47,806 nucleotides of DNA from Thermoanaerobaculia bacterium (GTDB taxonomy: Bacteria; Acidobacteriota; Thermoanaerobaculia; Multivoradales; UBA5704): assembly GCA_046714475.1 (NCBI GenBank), contig JBKKAU010000178.1, positions 1-47,806 on the forward strand. Reading direction: 5' to 3'. Each line of letters begins with the position of its first letter. Positions within the stretch are counted from its first letter, which is position 1. Made by a program: the position numbers and the translations under genes. Positions 16,574 to 24,993 of this stretch are shown one piece after another. The notes under the pieces are model-generated. The model was not told the DNA's origin. It saw nothing but the letters and a program-made list of their open reading frames with translations, and did no database searches.

Positions 16574-17308
16574 AGTTAACGATAAACTTGAAATATGTTG
16601 TTGCCGAGCTGAGGCACTGAAATCGCCAATTGCGGCGGTCTCTCCATTCTCCCGTCTCAGGGGCGCGGCGACGGCAGGCACGACTTCACTCCTGCCAAGG
16701 CTCCGCAGCAGCAGGAAGGACTCGGTCCAGGGAGAGGAGGGGGTGAGAGCCGTGCCGAAACCGCACCCCCGAGAACAGCCGGCCCGGCGTCTGGCGTCGA
16801 AGAGGGCGATGCGAGGTGGATGGATGTGGGGGATGCGGATCAACGGCGGCGAGGTACTGCACCTACCGCCTTACTCCGCGGTAAGAAGCAGGTGGCTTCG
16901 TCTTGGTAAGGAGGAGAGTAGCGGGGTGGGGAAGCGGGTCCGACCAGAAAGCGAACGCCGTTCGCGGCGAACGGCGGCATAGGCGGTGAGCGGCCGGACG
17001 CAGGTGGAGTGCGCCCTGCTAGGCAGTGTAGCGAAGCGAAGCTAAAGGTAAGTTCCTGCGGGCGGCAACCTGAGGGGCGGCGAGAGGAAACAGGCGCCTA
17101 CAAGGGTAACCCCCTGTTATCCCTACCAACAGGTACTTCGATGCCGGGTACGGCCGGCGAACGGCGCCCGCGAATTGCTCCTCCTCCCAGACGGCCGCGA
17201 GTGATGTCGCACCCTGCTGGGCCTCCCGCCGATTCGACGACCAGCGGGGGCCATCAGGATCGGCGGAGCCGCGGCTCGGCAGGAGGCTGCTCCTCCACCG
17301 AAAGAGGT

Positions 17309-17521
17309 TTACGCAGGTGGTGTAGACGGATCGTTAAGCATCCTGGGTTGCAGGTCTGGGGTGCAGACGGAATCTCGCTCATCTCCACAGTCGAAGCAGG
17401 CCCCATCCTCGTCGAAATAGCAGACTGGTCTAAATCCATCTAAGGGCATGTTGCAAGGACCTATGTAACAAATGCCTCCTGGAGCACCCTCTGTGAGAAG
17501 TGTGCCTCCTGGGCTAACCAT
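17309..17521 (-). CDS. Candidate small Cys-rich peptide (70 aa from ATG 17521; the track uses GTG 17542)
   Basis: MVSPGGTLLTEGAPGG then ICYIGPCNMPLDGFRPVCYFDEDGACFDCGDERDSVC (6 Cys). Weak RBS. Confidence 0.3.
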   Translation of the reverse strand: MVSPGGTLLTEGAPGGICYIGPCNMPLDGFRPVCYFDEDGACFDCGDERDSVCTPDLQPRMLNDPSTPPA

Positions 17522-18257
17522 CCGCCTTGCCCTATTCAGCACCCCCGGTCAAAGGGAGCCTGCCAGAAGGGGCAAGAGGGCGCGCATTGATTCGTTCAGG
17601 TAGCCGTGCAGCAGCTAGCGTCACCGGCTCAAGTGTCGAGCGCTGCCCCTCCAATACGGAGTTCTGTACTTCAGCCGTGGTTACGCTCGTCGACCCTGGC
17701 AAAACTCTGACGTGAGCCTCCGGTCGTGGCGAATGACTCTGGAACTAGAGCCGATGTTACTGCTAGCGTGCCCTCAAAATCGAACGTCCGCTCTTCAGGA
17801 GTGAGCAACTGGCTAGCGACAGCAACCCCGTCAATATTGGCGTCGACTGGCCCATCCGCGATGACTCTACCTCGGAAGGTGGCTCGCCCCCCCTTCCACC
17901 ACCTGCAATGACACCTGAGCAGCTGTCATAGGTCCAGCAGTGACAGTGACTTGGTTCGTGGCTGAAACGGATTCAATCCTCGATTGACCGCTCACGTTTC
18001 GCAACTTTCGCTGCCGCTTACCGTAATGCCTCCCGTCACGAGGAAGCTGAAGCCTAAGTTAACCTGGACCTGTGTGAAGGATGTTGTCCACGCCGGCCTT
18101 CCGCGCCCACGCCCGAGGGAAAGATAGCGCGGGGTATGCCAGGAATTGCGGCGGGGCCGGAGGAGGCCCCGCGGGACTAGGCTTCAGGGATCAGGGACAC
18201 GCCGGCTGGCCAAACCCGCCGCAGTTGTCTCCTCCACCTCCCCCACCTCTTCATCCT

Positions 18258-19556
18258 TCAATAGTTGACAACGTCGACAGCACGGGAGACCGACTTGGTC
18301 TGGACCGGGCTGCTGCTGTCCGTAACGGTCACCTGGATCGTGAAGTCCGCGTGGTTGTAGCAGACGGACCGGGAGTAGCTGGTGCCGGTGCCCACCTGGG
18401 CTCCGTTGTAGTACCACTTGTAGGAGTAGGGTGTCGAGCCGCCGCTCACCGCGGCGTTCCAGGTCGCCGTGACGCAGCCGCCGGTGGGTAAGAAGATGGA
18501 GGAGGGGCCACTCACAGTGACGTCGAGGGGGTCGGGGGGCGGGGCATAGGTGAGGTCGACGGCGCGGGAGTCCGACTTGGTCTGGACCGGGCTGCTGCTG
18601 TCGGCCGCGGTCGCCTGGATCGTGAAGTCCGCGTGGTCGTGGCAGACCGACCGGGAGTAGCTGGTGCCGGTGCCCACCTGGGTCCCGTTGTAGTACCACA
18701 CGTACGAGTAGGGGATTGTGCCGCCGCTCGCCGAGGCGCTCCAGGTCTGGGTGGAGCAGGTGGCGGTGGTGAAGTCGACGGAGGAGGGGCCGCTCATCGT
18801 GACTTCGAGGGCGGGCGGCGGACACGAGTAGTTGATGTCGCTGCTGGAGTAATGGAGTTCCTCGGCCGGGATCGACACGGACGCATAGGCCTCCGAAAAG
18901 CAGTCCAGCTCTCCGTTCGTGCTCGCCGAGGCCGAGCTGGTGATGTCGGTACCCGTGCGCGGATTCTCCTGGCTATTGACCGTCATGGTGGTCCCCTGGG
19001 TGGCACGGGCGTAGGCATAGGCATAGGTGTCGCCGGAGTGGCCACAGTCGCAGTTGAACATAGCCTGTGCGGTCGCTCTCGCGCCCAGGGTGCTCGTCAG
19101 GGGATTTGCATCCGCGGTGGCGCTGTAGCAGTCGGCGCTGCAGCTTGCGCCCTCGACGGCTTCGGTCATGCTCGACATCCCCTCTGGCGCCTTCCTCATC
19201 TTCCTCATCTCCCGCTTGGCGCTGGCGATTCTGACGCTCAGGCCGTCGATGGCCTCGGCGAGGTCTTCGGACGGGTAGCTCTCGTGCTCGATCATCATGG
19301 ACTTGAGCTGGCGGGTGAGCTCGTTGATGATCCAGGCCAGTCCTCCCCGGCCAAAAGCTAGGTGCTCCACCTTGTTCGGCCCCAGCCGGCGCTCGAACAC
19401 CCCCTGAGAGATCTGCTTCCAACCCTCCGCCTCCATTCTGGCCTTGGCATCGTCCGGTTGCTTCTTCATGGGGCCGGCTGCCGAAAGACCGTCGCCTCCC
19501 AGGAGAATTGTGACACCGAGGCAGATGGCGGCGGTCCAGCACTTCCTGCGAATCAT
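18258..19556 (-). CDS. Secreted protein with two tandem PKD/Ig-like repeats
   Basis: ATG 19556 lies 6 nt after AAGGAG. Signal MIRRKCWTAAICLGVTILLGG. Two 94-aa repeats (VT.SGPSS...SGG..PYSY.WYYNG.QVGTGTSYSRSVC..HADFTIQ.T..DSSSPVQTKS). Confidence 0.75.
   Translation of the reverse strand: MIRRKCWTAAICLGVTILLGGDGLSAAGPMKKQPDDAKARMEAEGWKQISQGVFERRLGPNKVEHLAFGRGGLAWIINELTRQLKSMMIEHESYPSEDLAEAIDGLSVRIASAKREMRKMRKAPEGMSSMTEAVEGASCSADCYSATADANPLTSTLGARATAQAMFNCDCGHSGDTYAYAYARATQGTTMTVNSQENPRTGTDITSSASASTNGELDCFSEAYASVSIPAEELHYSSSDINYSCPPPALEVTMSGPSSVDFTTATCSTQTWSASASGGTIPYSYVWYYNGTQVGTGTSYSRSVCHDHADFTIQATAADSSSPVQTKSDSRAVDLTYAPPPDPLDVTVSGPSSIFLPTGGCVTATWNAAVSGGSTPYSYKWYYNGAQVGTGTSYSRSVCYNHADFTIQVTVTDSSSPVQTKSVSRAVDVVNY
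18273..18836. repeat. Two copies of a 282-bp tandem direct repeat inside the PKD-like gene
   Basis: GTCGAC...CCGACTTGGTCTGGACCGGGCTGCTGCTGTC begins at 18273 and again at 18555. Long identical runs are seen by eye. Confidence 0.8.
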
Positions 19557-19664
19557 GTACAGCTCCTTCATCAACGGCAAAGGCCGGCCTCCATGGCCGG
19601 CCTTGGACAAACAGCCATGAACTTTTGGCAACGTGCAAAGACTATGTATAGAGCTGCGTGGAAG

Positions 19665-20189
19665 TCAAGAAGAAGCGGGAGGGCTGATTGCGCCTGGGAG
19701 CTCTGGGAGGGGGCGGGTCGGAATCCATCTGCGGGCCGACCGGCAATACTTGGGGCTCAACTGTCTGAAGTAATACTCGATAGTCGCGCCGTTGAACGAC
19801 CTATGTGCAGTCTGTGACGAGCGTCGTGTTGTAAGAGGAGGGATAATGACTTCTCTTCTATTTGAGAAGATAAGATCGTCGGCCCCCAAGTCATCGAGGT
19901 CATAGAGATCAAAGGAAAAGTCTGTGCGGAACCCATGCGTCGCGAGAGGTGCGCAGGTCGGCTCTTGGCTCCGAATTTCATACCAGCCGGAGAGGACCTC
20001 GGCATTGGCCGTGTCATTTCGCGTGGGAAGGCGGGCGGCGGCTGCCGTCGCGCACCCAAAAGCATGAGCACCGCGGCGAAGCTTGATGATCGCCGGCGCG
20101 AGCTGGCGCACCAAGTCCTCGACATTGGCGTCGGTCCAGCACGGGCTCGAACGGCGCAGAGCCGCTCCCTGCCGTCTGGGCTGTTTCAT
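19665..20189 (-). CDS. Hypothetical protein (174 aa)
   Basis: The ORF has protein-like composition (WYEIRSQEPTCAPLATHGFRTDFSFDLYDLDDLGADDLIF). It lies 108 nt upstream of the PKD-like gene on the same strand. No family recognised. Confidence 0.4.
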   Translation of the reverse strand: MKQPRRQGAALRRSSPCWTDANVEDLVRQLAPAIIKLRRGAHAFGCATAAAARLPTRNDTANAEVLSGWYEIRSQEPTCAPLATHGFRTDFSFDLYDLDDLGADDLIFSNRREVIIPPLTTRRSSQTAHRSFNGATIEYYFRQLSPKYCRSARRWIPTRPLPELPGAISPPASS

Positions 20190-20386
20190 GGCACTTCCGA
20201 ACGGGCTCGGGGAGGGGGCCGGGCGGCCGGCGTGGCTCCGCGAACGACGTTCGAGATGGCCGCGCTAGCGGGCCGGTAGTTTGCTTCCGATAACCTCCCT
20301 ACTTTTATGAGAAGAAAGCAGAGGTATGAACATGGCCTCCTCGCCGAAGCCGGAAGGCGCGGTAAAGGTTAGCTGGTCGACCTGAA

Positions 20387-20839
20387 TCAAGACCGGTCGA
20401 TGCGCTGACTTTGCGGCGCTCGCAGGCTCCTCCAACGTGCAATAGTCCCCAGGAGGTATACCGCGCCTGTTGCCAAGGCAACCAGAGAGAAGACGATCTC
20501 CTTGGGCGCGAGCGCCGTTGAGGACGCTACCACCTGATAGATCTGAGGGAAAACCGCCAGCCCGCGGAGGGCATAAATGGCACCGATCACAATCAAGGCT
20601 GTCAGAAGGAGCGGGAGCCGGCGGATGACTCCGGCTCCCGATAGAGCGTAAACGCCGAAGGCGGCGAACACGGCGACGAGGAGCAGCGTGATCACGGCCG
20701 GCAGGGGCGAGCCAGCTTGGGCGAGGCTGGCCATCTCTTCCCCTGCCCCGAAGTACCGGTATGCCGGAGCCCCGGCGACGACGATCCCCACGTGCAGGAC
20801 CGCAATGGCAAAGCTGAGAGCCGCGCCTATCTTCAGCAT
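20387..20839 (-). CDS. Small integral membrane protein (about 4 TM)
   Basis: MLKIGAALSFAIAVLHVGIVVAG..., with alternating hydrophobic segments. The track ORF is extended upstream. Confidence 0.6.
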   Translation of the reverse strand: MLKIGAALSFAIAVLHVGIVVAGAPAYRYFGAGEEMASLAQAGSPLPAVITLLLVAVFAAFGVYALSGAGVIRRLPLLLTALIVIGAIYALRGLAVFPQIYQVVASSTALAPKEIVFSLVALATGAVYLLGTIARWRSLRAPQSQRIDRS

Positions 20840-21160
20840 CTGATCCCTCCGACGTGTCCTCAGTCCCAATGCAGGGTCGTCTCCCGATCGATCACCACCC
20901 AGCGCCCGTCGCGGCGTTCGAGAAGTCCGGGTCTCCGCGTTGCCGCCGCGGCTGTCTGGAAACAAGCCCATGTCGTACCAGGAGAGAGCGGCGGTGGACG
21001 CGATCCAACGGGTAGCCCTCAGGGCGGGATCTCGCATGCCTGCTTCCTGTTCGGGACGGGGACGTTTTTGTCTGGTCCCTGTCTTTTAGACCTGCGCACC
21101 GCGGTGCCGGTTCCGAAGAGGCTCCTTGCCTGGTACGGTCGGGACGCTATACTCCGCTCA

Positions 21161-21520
21161 ATGAGCAATCTGCATGACGAGGAGGCGCGCCGCATCGCGG
21201 AGCTGCTGGATCGCCTCGTGCGGCTGTCGGGCCGTTCGCGCCGGTCGATCGAGCGGGACCTGGGGCTCGGCAGCTCAGGCCTGAGCAAGATCCTCGGCGG
21301 AACGGTCCGGCTGCAGCTCAGCCATGTGCTCATGATCGTGGAGGCGTTGGGAGTCCAGCCGTGGGAATTCTTCCGCTGGGCGTATCCGTCCCACGGCAGG
21401 ACGAGCCCGTTGATGGAGAAGGTCCATGAGCTGACCTCGGAGGATGAGGAGGAGGATTCCCCCGAGTTCGACGACCGGGTGAAGCGCTCCCTCCTCCGTC
21501 TGCTGCGCGAGGATTCTTAA
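21161..21520 (+). CDS. Small HTH (Xre/Cro-like) protein with acidic tail
   Basis: MSNLHDEEARRIAELLDRLVRLSGRSRRSIERDLGLGSSGLSKILGGTVRLQLSHVLMIVEALGV. No clear RBS, so the start is uncertain. Confidence 0.6.
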   Translation: MSNLHDEEARRIAELLDRLVRLSGRSRRSIERDLGLGSSGLSKILGGTVRLQLSHVLMIVEALGVQPWEFFRWAYPSHGRTSPLMEKVHELTSEDEEEDSPEFDDRVKRSLLRLLREDS

Positions 21521-22866
21521 GGCGCGAACTGGAGACGCGGCTCCCATTCCAGGCGAAGGAGGAAGGCGAGGATCCGGTGCACCAGTCCGGGCGTGGCCTC
21601 GGAGCGCGCGCAGGCCTGGTTGAGGTAGCGGATCGCTTTGACCGCCTCGCTCTGGATGCCGAGGTCTTCGAAAACCTCCAGGACCTCCTGAGCGAGCTCC
21701 CGCACCTCCTCGGCTCTCTCCTGTTGCAGCCAGACACCAGCAAGCTCCAAACCCATGAGAGCGGCGTCGTACTCCTGGTCCCTATAGAGGAAGCCCTCCC
21801 GGACCTCACGGAAAATCCTTTCGGCCCGCCGGAGCTTGCCGAGCCCCGCGAAGATCTTGCCCTCGACCCAACGGAGACGGGCCAGGTTCAGAGGATCCTC
21901 AGCGAACGATTGCCGGAGGTTGCTTCTCAAGAGGACCTGAGCGGCCTCGCGGTAACGGCCGCTGTCCACCATCGCATTGAGCAAAGCATGGGTACCGATC
22001 GCCTCCAGCTTCGGGTCCCGCCATGGATCGATCTCGGCAAGACCTTTCTGGAGCAGTGCGACGGCTTCTTCGGGTTCTTCCTCATTTCTGAGGTTCATGC
22101 CCTTCGTGATGAGTGTTCGAGCCGCCAGGTGGGTCTCTCCCATCTCTGAATAGAGCTGATAGAGAAGATCGAGAAGCTCACGGGCGGCTCCCAATCGGCG
22201 CTGGTCAGTTCGCAGAGACACCCGCAGGTCCAGAACGCGCGCGAGGAGCAGCGCGTCCCCTGTCCCTTCGTCCAGCAAGACCTCGGCTCGGGCGAAGGCG
22301 TCCTCGGCGCTCTCGAACTGATCGTTCAGCCGGTATGCGTTGCCCAACTCGGCCCAGGCCCGTGCCTGGACGTCGGCGATCCTGCTTTCTCCATAGATGC
22401 GGGAATCCAGATTCTGGGCCGCAACCCGGGCCGCGAACGCGAGGAAGAGCATCTCCCGGACATCACGGAAGCGCTCCTCATAGCTCAGATGTAAGAGGGC
22501 CTCTACCAGGGGCCAGCCGTGGAGGTTCGTTTCAGCCTCTTCTGTGATGCCGCTGATCCCTTGCGAGGAGCTTCCAGCGGCGGCAACGAGGTCCGCGAGT
22601 TGGGCATGTTCTCCCTGCCAGAAGGCCTCTTGGCGTCTCGCCCTGGCAAGGGCACGATCAATGGCCAGGTCGTAGGCCTTATCCTCTGCCCAAAATAGGA
22701 CTTCGACGGCGGGCGCATGCTCGGGGAGCACCTCGGCGATCTTGGCGAGCTTCGTTCCGCAGTGAGGACAACCTTCCAGCAGATGGCGAACAACACCCCG
22801 CAGCTCCGCTGACCGAAGACGGCCTGATATGAACAGGCCCACTTCTTCATCCGTCAAGTGGCTCAA
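21517..22866 (-). CDS. Zinc-finger (H-x3-C-x2-C, anti-sigma ZAS-like) N-terminus fused to a long TPR region
   Basis: TTG start after GGGAGGG. VVRHLLEGCPHCGTKL. TPR-like helical repeats run throughout. Confidence 0.75.
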   Translation of the reverse strand: MSHLTDEEVGLFISGRLRSAELRGVVRHLLEGCPHCGTKLAKIAEVLPEHAPAVEVLFWAEDKAYDLAIDRALARARRQEAFWQGEHAQLADLVAAAGSSSQGISGITEEAETNLHGWPLVEALLHLSYEERFRDVREMLFLAFAARVAAQNLDSRIYGESRIADVQARAWAELGNAYRLNDQFESAEDAFARAEVLLDEGTGDALLLARVLDLRVSLRTDQRRLGAARELLDLLYQLYSEMGETHLAARTLITKGMNLRNEEEPEEAVALLQKGLAEIDPWRDPKLEAIGTHALLNAMVDSGRYREAAQVLLRSNLRQSFAEDPLNLARLRWVEGKIFAGLGKLRRAERIFREVREGFLYRDQEYDAALMGLELAGVWLQQERAEEVRELAQEVLEVFEDLGIQSEAVKAIRYLNQACARSEATPGLVHRILAFLLRLEWEPRLQFAP

Positions 22867-22935
22867 AGTACCCTCCCGAACAGGAATGTCATGTCAACCG
22901 CTACAACATTGTCTCATAGTCTGTACTTGAAGAAT

Positions 22936-22960
22936 CCGGAGACGGAAACGCCGTCTCCGG
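22936..22960 (-). terminator. Hairpin terminator candidate after the small secreted-protein gene
   Basis: CCGGAGACGG-aaacg-CCGTCTCCGG, a perfect 10-bp stem. On the minus strand it is followed by ATTCTTC. Confidence 0.45.
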
Positions 22961-22970
22961 GCAAGTCCGT

Positions 22971-23219
22971 CTAGCTCTCGCCTTCTTCGCCTCCGTTCGG
23001 GTCGATGTCCGATCCACGTTTCTCCGTGTCCTGCCCGCGGCTGCCCGGCAGCGCCGCGAGCCACTTCTGAAACCGGGCCCAGAGATCTCCTACATCGAGC
23101 CACTGTGCCTCTCCTTGATGGGCCGGATCGAAGCTGGTGGCCGAGGCGTACGCCGGACCCATGAGCGCCGCCAGCAGGGCGAGCGCCACGACGAACCGAA
23201 TTCCCCCTCTCCGAAACAT
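22971..23219 (-). CDS. Small secreted protein (82 aa)
   Basis: AGGAGG lies 6 nt before ATG 23219. Signal MFRRGGIRFVVALALLAALMGPAYA. Acidic C-terminus. Confidence 0.5.
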   Translation of the reverse strand: MFRRGGIRFVVALALLAALMGPAYASATSFDPAHQGEAQWLDVGDLWARFQKWLAALPGSRGQDTEKRGSDIDPNGGEEGES

Positions 23220-23281
23220 AAGTGCCTCCTGTCCTGGATCACGCACGGCCAAGATGGACCGGAATGTCCACGGAGTTGCTC

Positions 23282-23310
23282 GGCGACACTTCTAGTGCGC
23301 CGTTTTTTTG
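23282..23310 (+). terminator. Plus-strand intrinsic terminator with no plus-strand gene upstream
   Basis: GGCGaCACT-tct-AGTGCGCC followed by GTTTTTTTG. In minus orientation there is no T-tract. Confidence 0.4.
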
Positions 23311-23472
23311 TGCTAATCGTGCCCTTTTTCCTTGGCCGGAGCAACGCGGCGACGAGGGGCGCAGAGGAGGAGCTGCGGTTGCGGCAGGTTCTGCCGCGCC
23401 GGAAGGGGCGCTTTCTTCTCGATATGGGGATGATTTGCGGCAGGATCAGCCGCATCCTGGGGGACCCGCCGG

Positions 23473-24993
23473 TCAGTCTCCCAGCCGTACCACCCGGACG
23501 GAGCCGCGCCCTCCCTCGTTCGGGGCGAGGAAGATCACCTCCGCGCGGCCGTCGCCGTCCAGGTCGACGAGGGAGGGCGTACCGATTTCGACCACGCCGC
23601 CGGCTTCAACCCGCGTCCCCTCGGTGCCGATGCTCATCTCGACGGTCTTTCCGGACGGGGTGGGACGGAAAGTGGCGGTGCTCCAGGGCTTGCGCTCCAG
23701 AACGTTCCTGCCCTTGGGGTCCGTCAGCCCGGCGAAGGCGAGCATGCGGTCCCGGCTCACGGCCACGAGGTCCGCGATCCCGTCGCCGTTGAGGTCCTGA
23801 CCATAGCTCCAGTCCTCGGCCTCCACGTCCAGCACCGTCTTGCGCCCTCCCGGCTGGAAGCCTCCGTCCCCCCGGCCCAGCCAGGCCTGGGCGACCAGGG
23901 TCTTGCCGGCGAGCCCCTCGGGCTGGACCACGACGAGGTCTTCGCGGCCGTCGCGGTCGACGTCCAGCACGGCGGGGACCACGCCGTTCCAGCGGCGGCT
24001 CTCGGTCTCGGCCGCGAGCACCGGCCGGCGGCCGGCGCGGCTGCGGTCGGCCACGAGCGGAAAGACGCGGAGCCTCTGCTTGACGAACACGCCCACCTTC
24101 TCGGCGTCGGCGGTGGTGACGATCAGGAAGGGCCGGTTGTCGAGCAGGACGTACCAGCTCGCGATCACCTCTTCGGGACCGGGGAGCTGCGACCAGGCTT
24201 CGATGCGGCGCGCCGGCTCCGGGGCCGCCGGATCGATCAGCACGGTCCGCAGGCGGGTCCTTCCATGCGCCTCCGGGCCGGCGGCGTAAAGGGACGGGCC
24301 GCCGGGACGCGGCAGGGCCGTCACCCGGGGTGTCGAGAGGAGCAGCCCGGCCGCATCGCGGCGAGCGCGCACGGGCAGCTCGTGCGCGGCCGTCAAGGTC
24401 AGAGCCCCGGCGCCGTCCGATGTGTAGGCGCGGATCCCGCCGACGCCGACGACCTCGAGCTGCCGGCTCGCCCGGCGGGCGACGGGCGGCCAACGGGCAG
24501 GCCGGGAGACGGCCAGGTCCAGGGCGGGGTCGGAGAGGAGAGGCCGGGGAGAGAGCGCGGGCCGCTCGATGGGACCCAGGGCGTGGAGCTTGCCCGGTTC
24601 GCCGAGCAGCAGCTCCTGGCCGCCGTCGCCGTCCAGGTCGATCGCCTCCAGGGTGTCGGCCGCGGCGGGCAGGCCGCGTAGCGCCTCGCGCAACGCCCCG
24701 CTGCCTTGCGGGTCGAGCAGGAACAGCGAGCGGGGGCCGCCAGCGGCGGCGCCTGCAGGGCCTTCCGGCGCCACCAGCAAAGCGATCCGGCAGCGGCCGT
24801 CCGCGCCGGTGGGCAGGGCGGCGGAGAGCACGCGCCCGGGCAGGACGGCGTCGATCCAGCGCGCGCCGCCGGACTCTCCCGACGTCAAGCCGACCGGTCT
24901 GGGCGGCTGGGGGGCCGGCGGCGCGGCGGCGGCGAGCCAGGGGGTGAGAAACAGGGCCGCGAGGCACCCGCTTCTCAAAACGCCGCGCTTCAA
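23473..24993 (-). CDS. FG-GAP/VCBS repeat protein, secreted
   Basis: TTG at 24993 lies 6 nt after GGAGG and overlaps the upstream stop (TTGA). Signal-like LKRGVLRSGCLAALFLTPWLAAAA. Ca-loop motifs IDLDGDGGQELLL, DVDRDGREDLVV, DLNGDGIADLV, DLDGDGRAEVIF. Confidence 0.8.
   Translation of the reverse strand: MKRGVLRSGCLAALFLTPWLAAAAPPAPQPPRPVGLTSGESGGARWIDAVLPGRVLSAALPTGADGRCRIALLVAPEGPAGAAAGGPRSLFLLDPQGSGALREALRGLPAAADTLEAIDLDGDGGQELLLGEPGKLHALGPIERPALSPRPLLSDPALDLAVSRPARWPPVARRASRQLEVVGVGGIRAYTSDGAGALTLTAAHELPVRARRDAAGLLLSTPRVTALPRPGGPSLYAAGPEAHGRTRLRTVLIDPAAPEPARRIEAWSQLPGPEEVIASWYVLLDNRPFLIVTTADAEKVGVFVKQRLRVFPLVADRSRAGRRPVLAAETESRRWNGVVPAVLDVDRDGREDLVVVQPEGLAGKTLVAQAWLGRGDGGFQPGGRKTVLDVEAEDWSYGQDLNGDGIADLVAVSRDRMLAFAGLTDPKGRNVLERKPWSTATFRPTPSGKTVEMSIGTEGTRVEAGGVVEIGTPSLVDLDGDGRAEVIFLAPNEGGRGSVRVVRLGD

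Noticed and set aside
16990-17260. Motifs reminiscent of structured RNAs: GTGCG (group II intron 5' end) at 17009, GAGGAAAC..GGGTAAC (RNase P-like) near 17085-17115, GATTCGACG (tmRNA-like) near 17231
   Set aside because: These are isolated short matches only. There is no intron domain V/VI, reverse transcriptase ORF, RNase P P4 pairing partner, tmRNA tag reading frame or tRNA-like 3' end.
17560-18120. Minus-strand open frames without start codons that read protein-like in three successive frames (for example 17674-17925: ...FRGRVIADGPVDANIDGVAVASQLLTPEERTFDFEGTLAVTSALVPESF...)
   Set aside because: This could be a frameshifted pseudogene remnant. I cannot identify a family, a start or consistent frames, so it is not reportable as a feature without a tblastx-type search.
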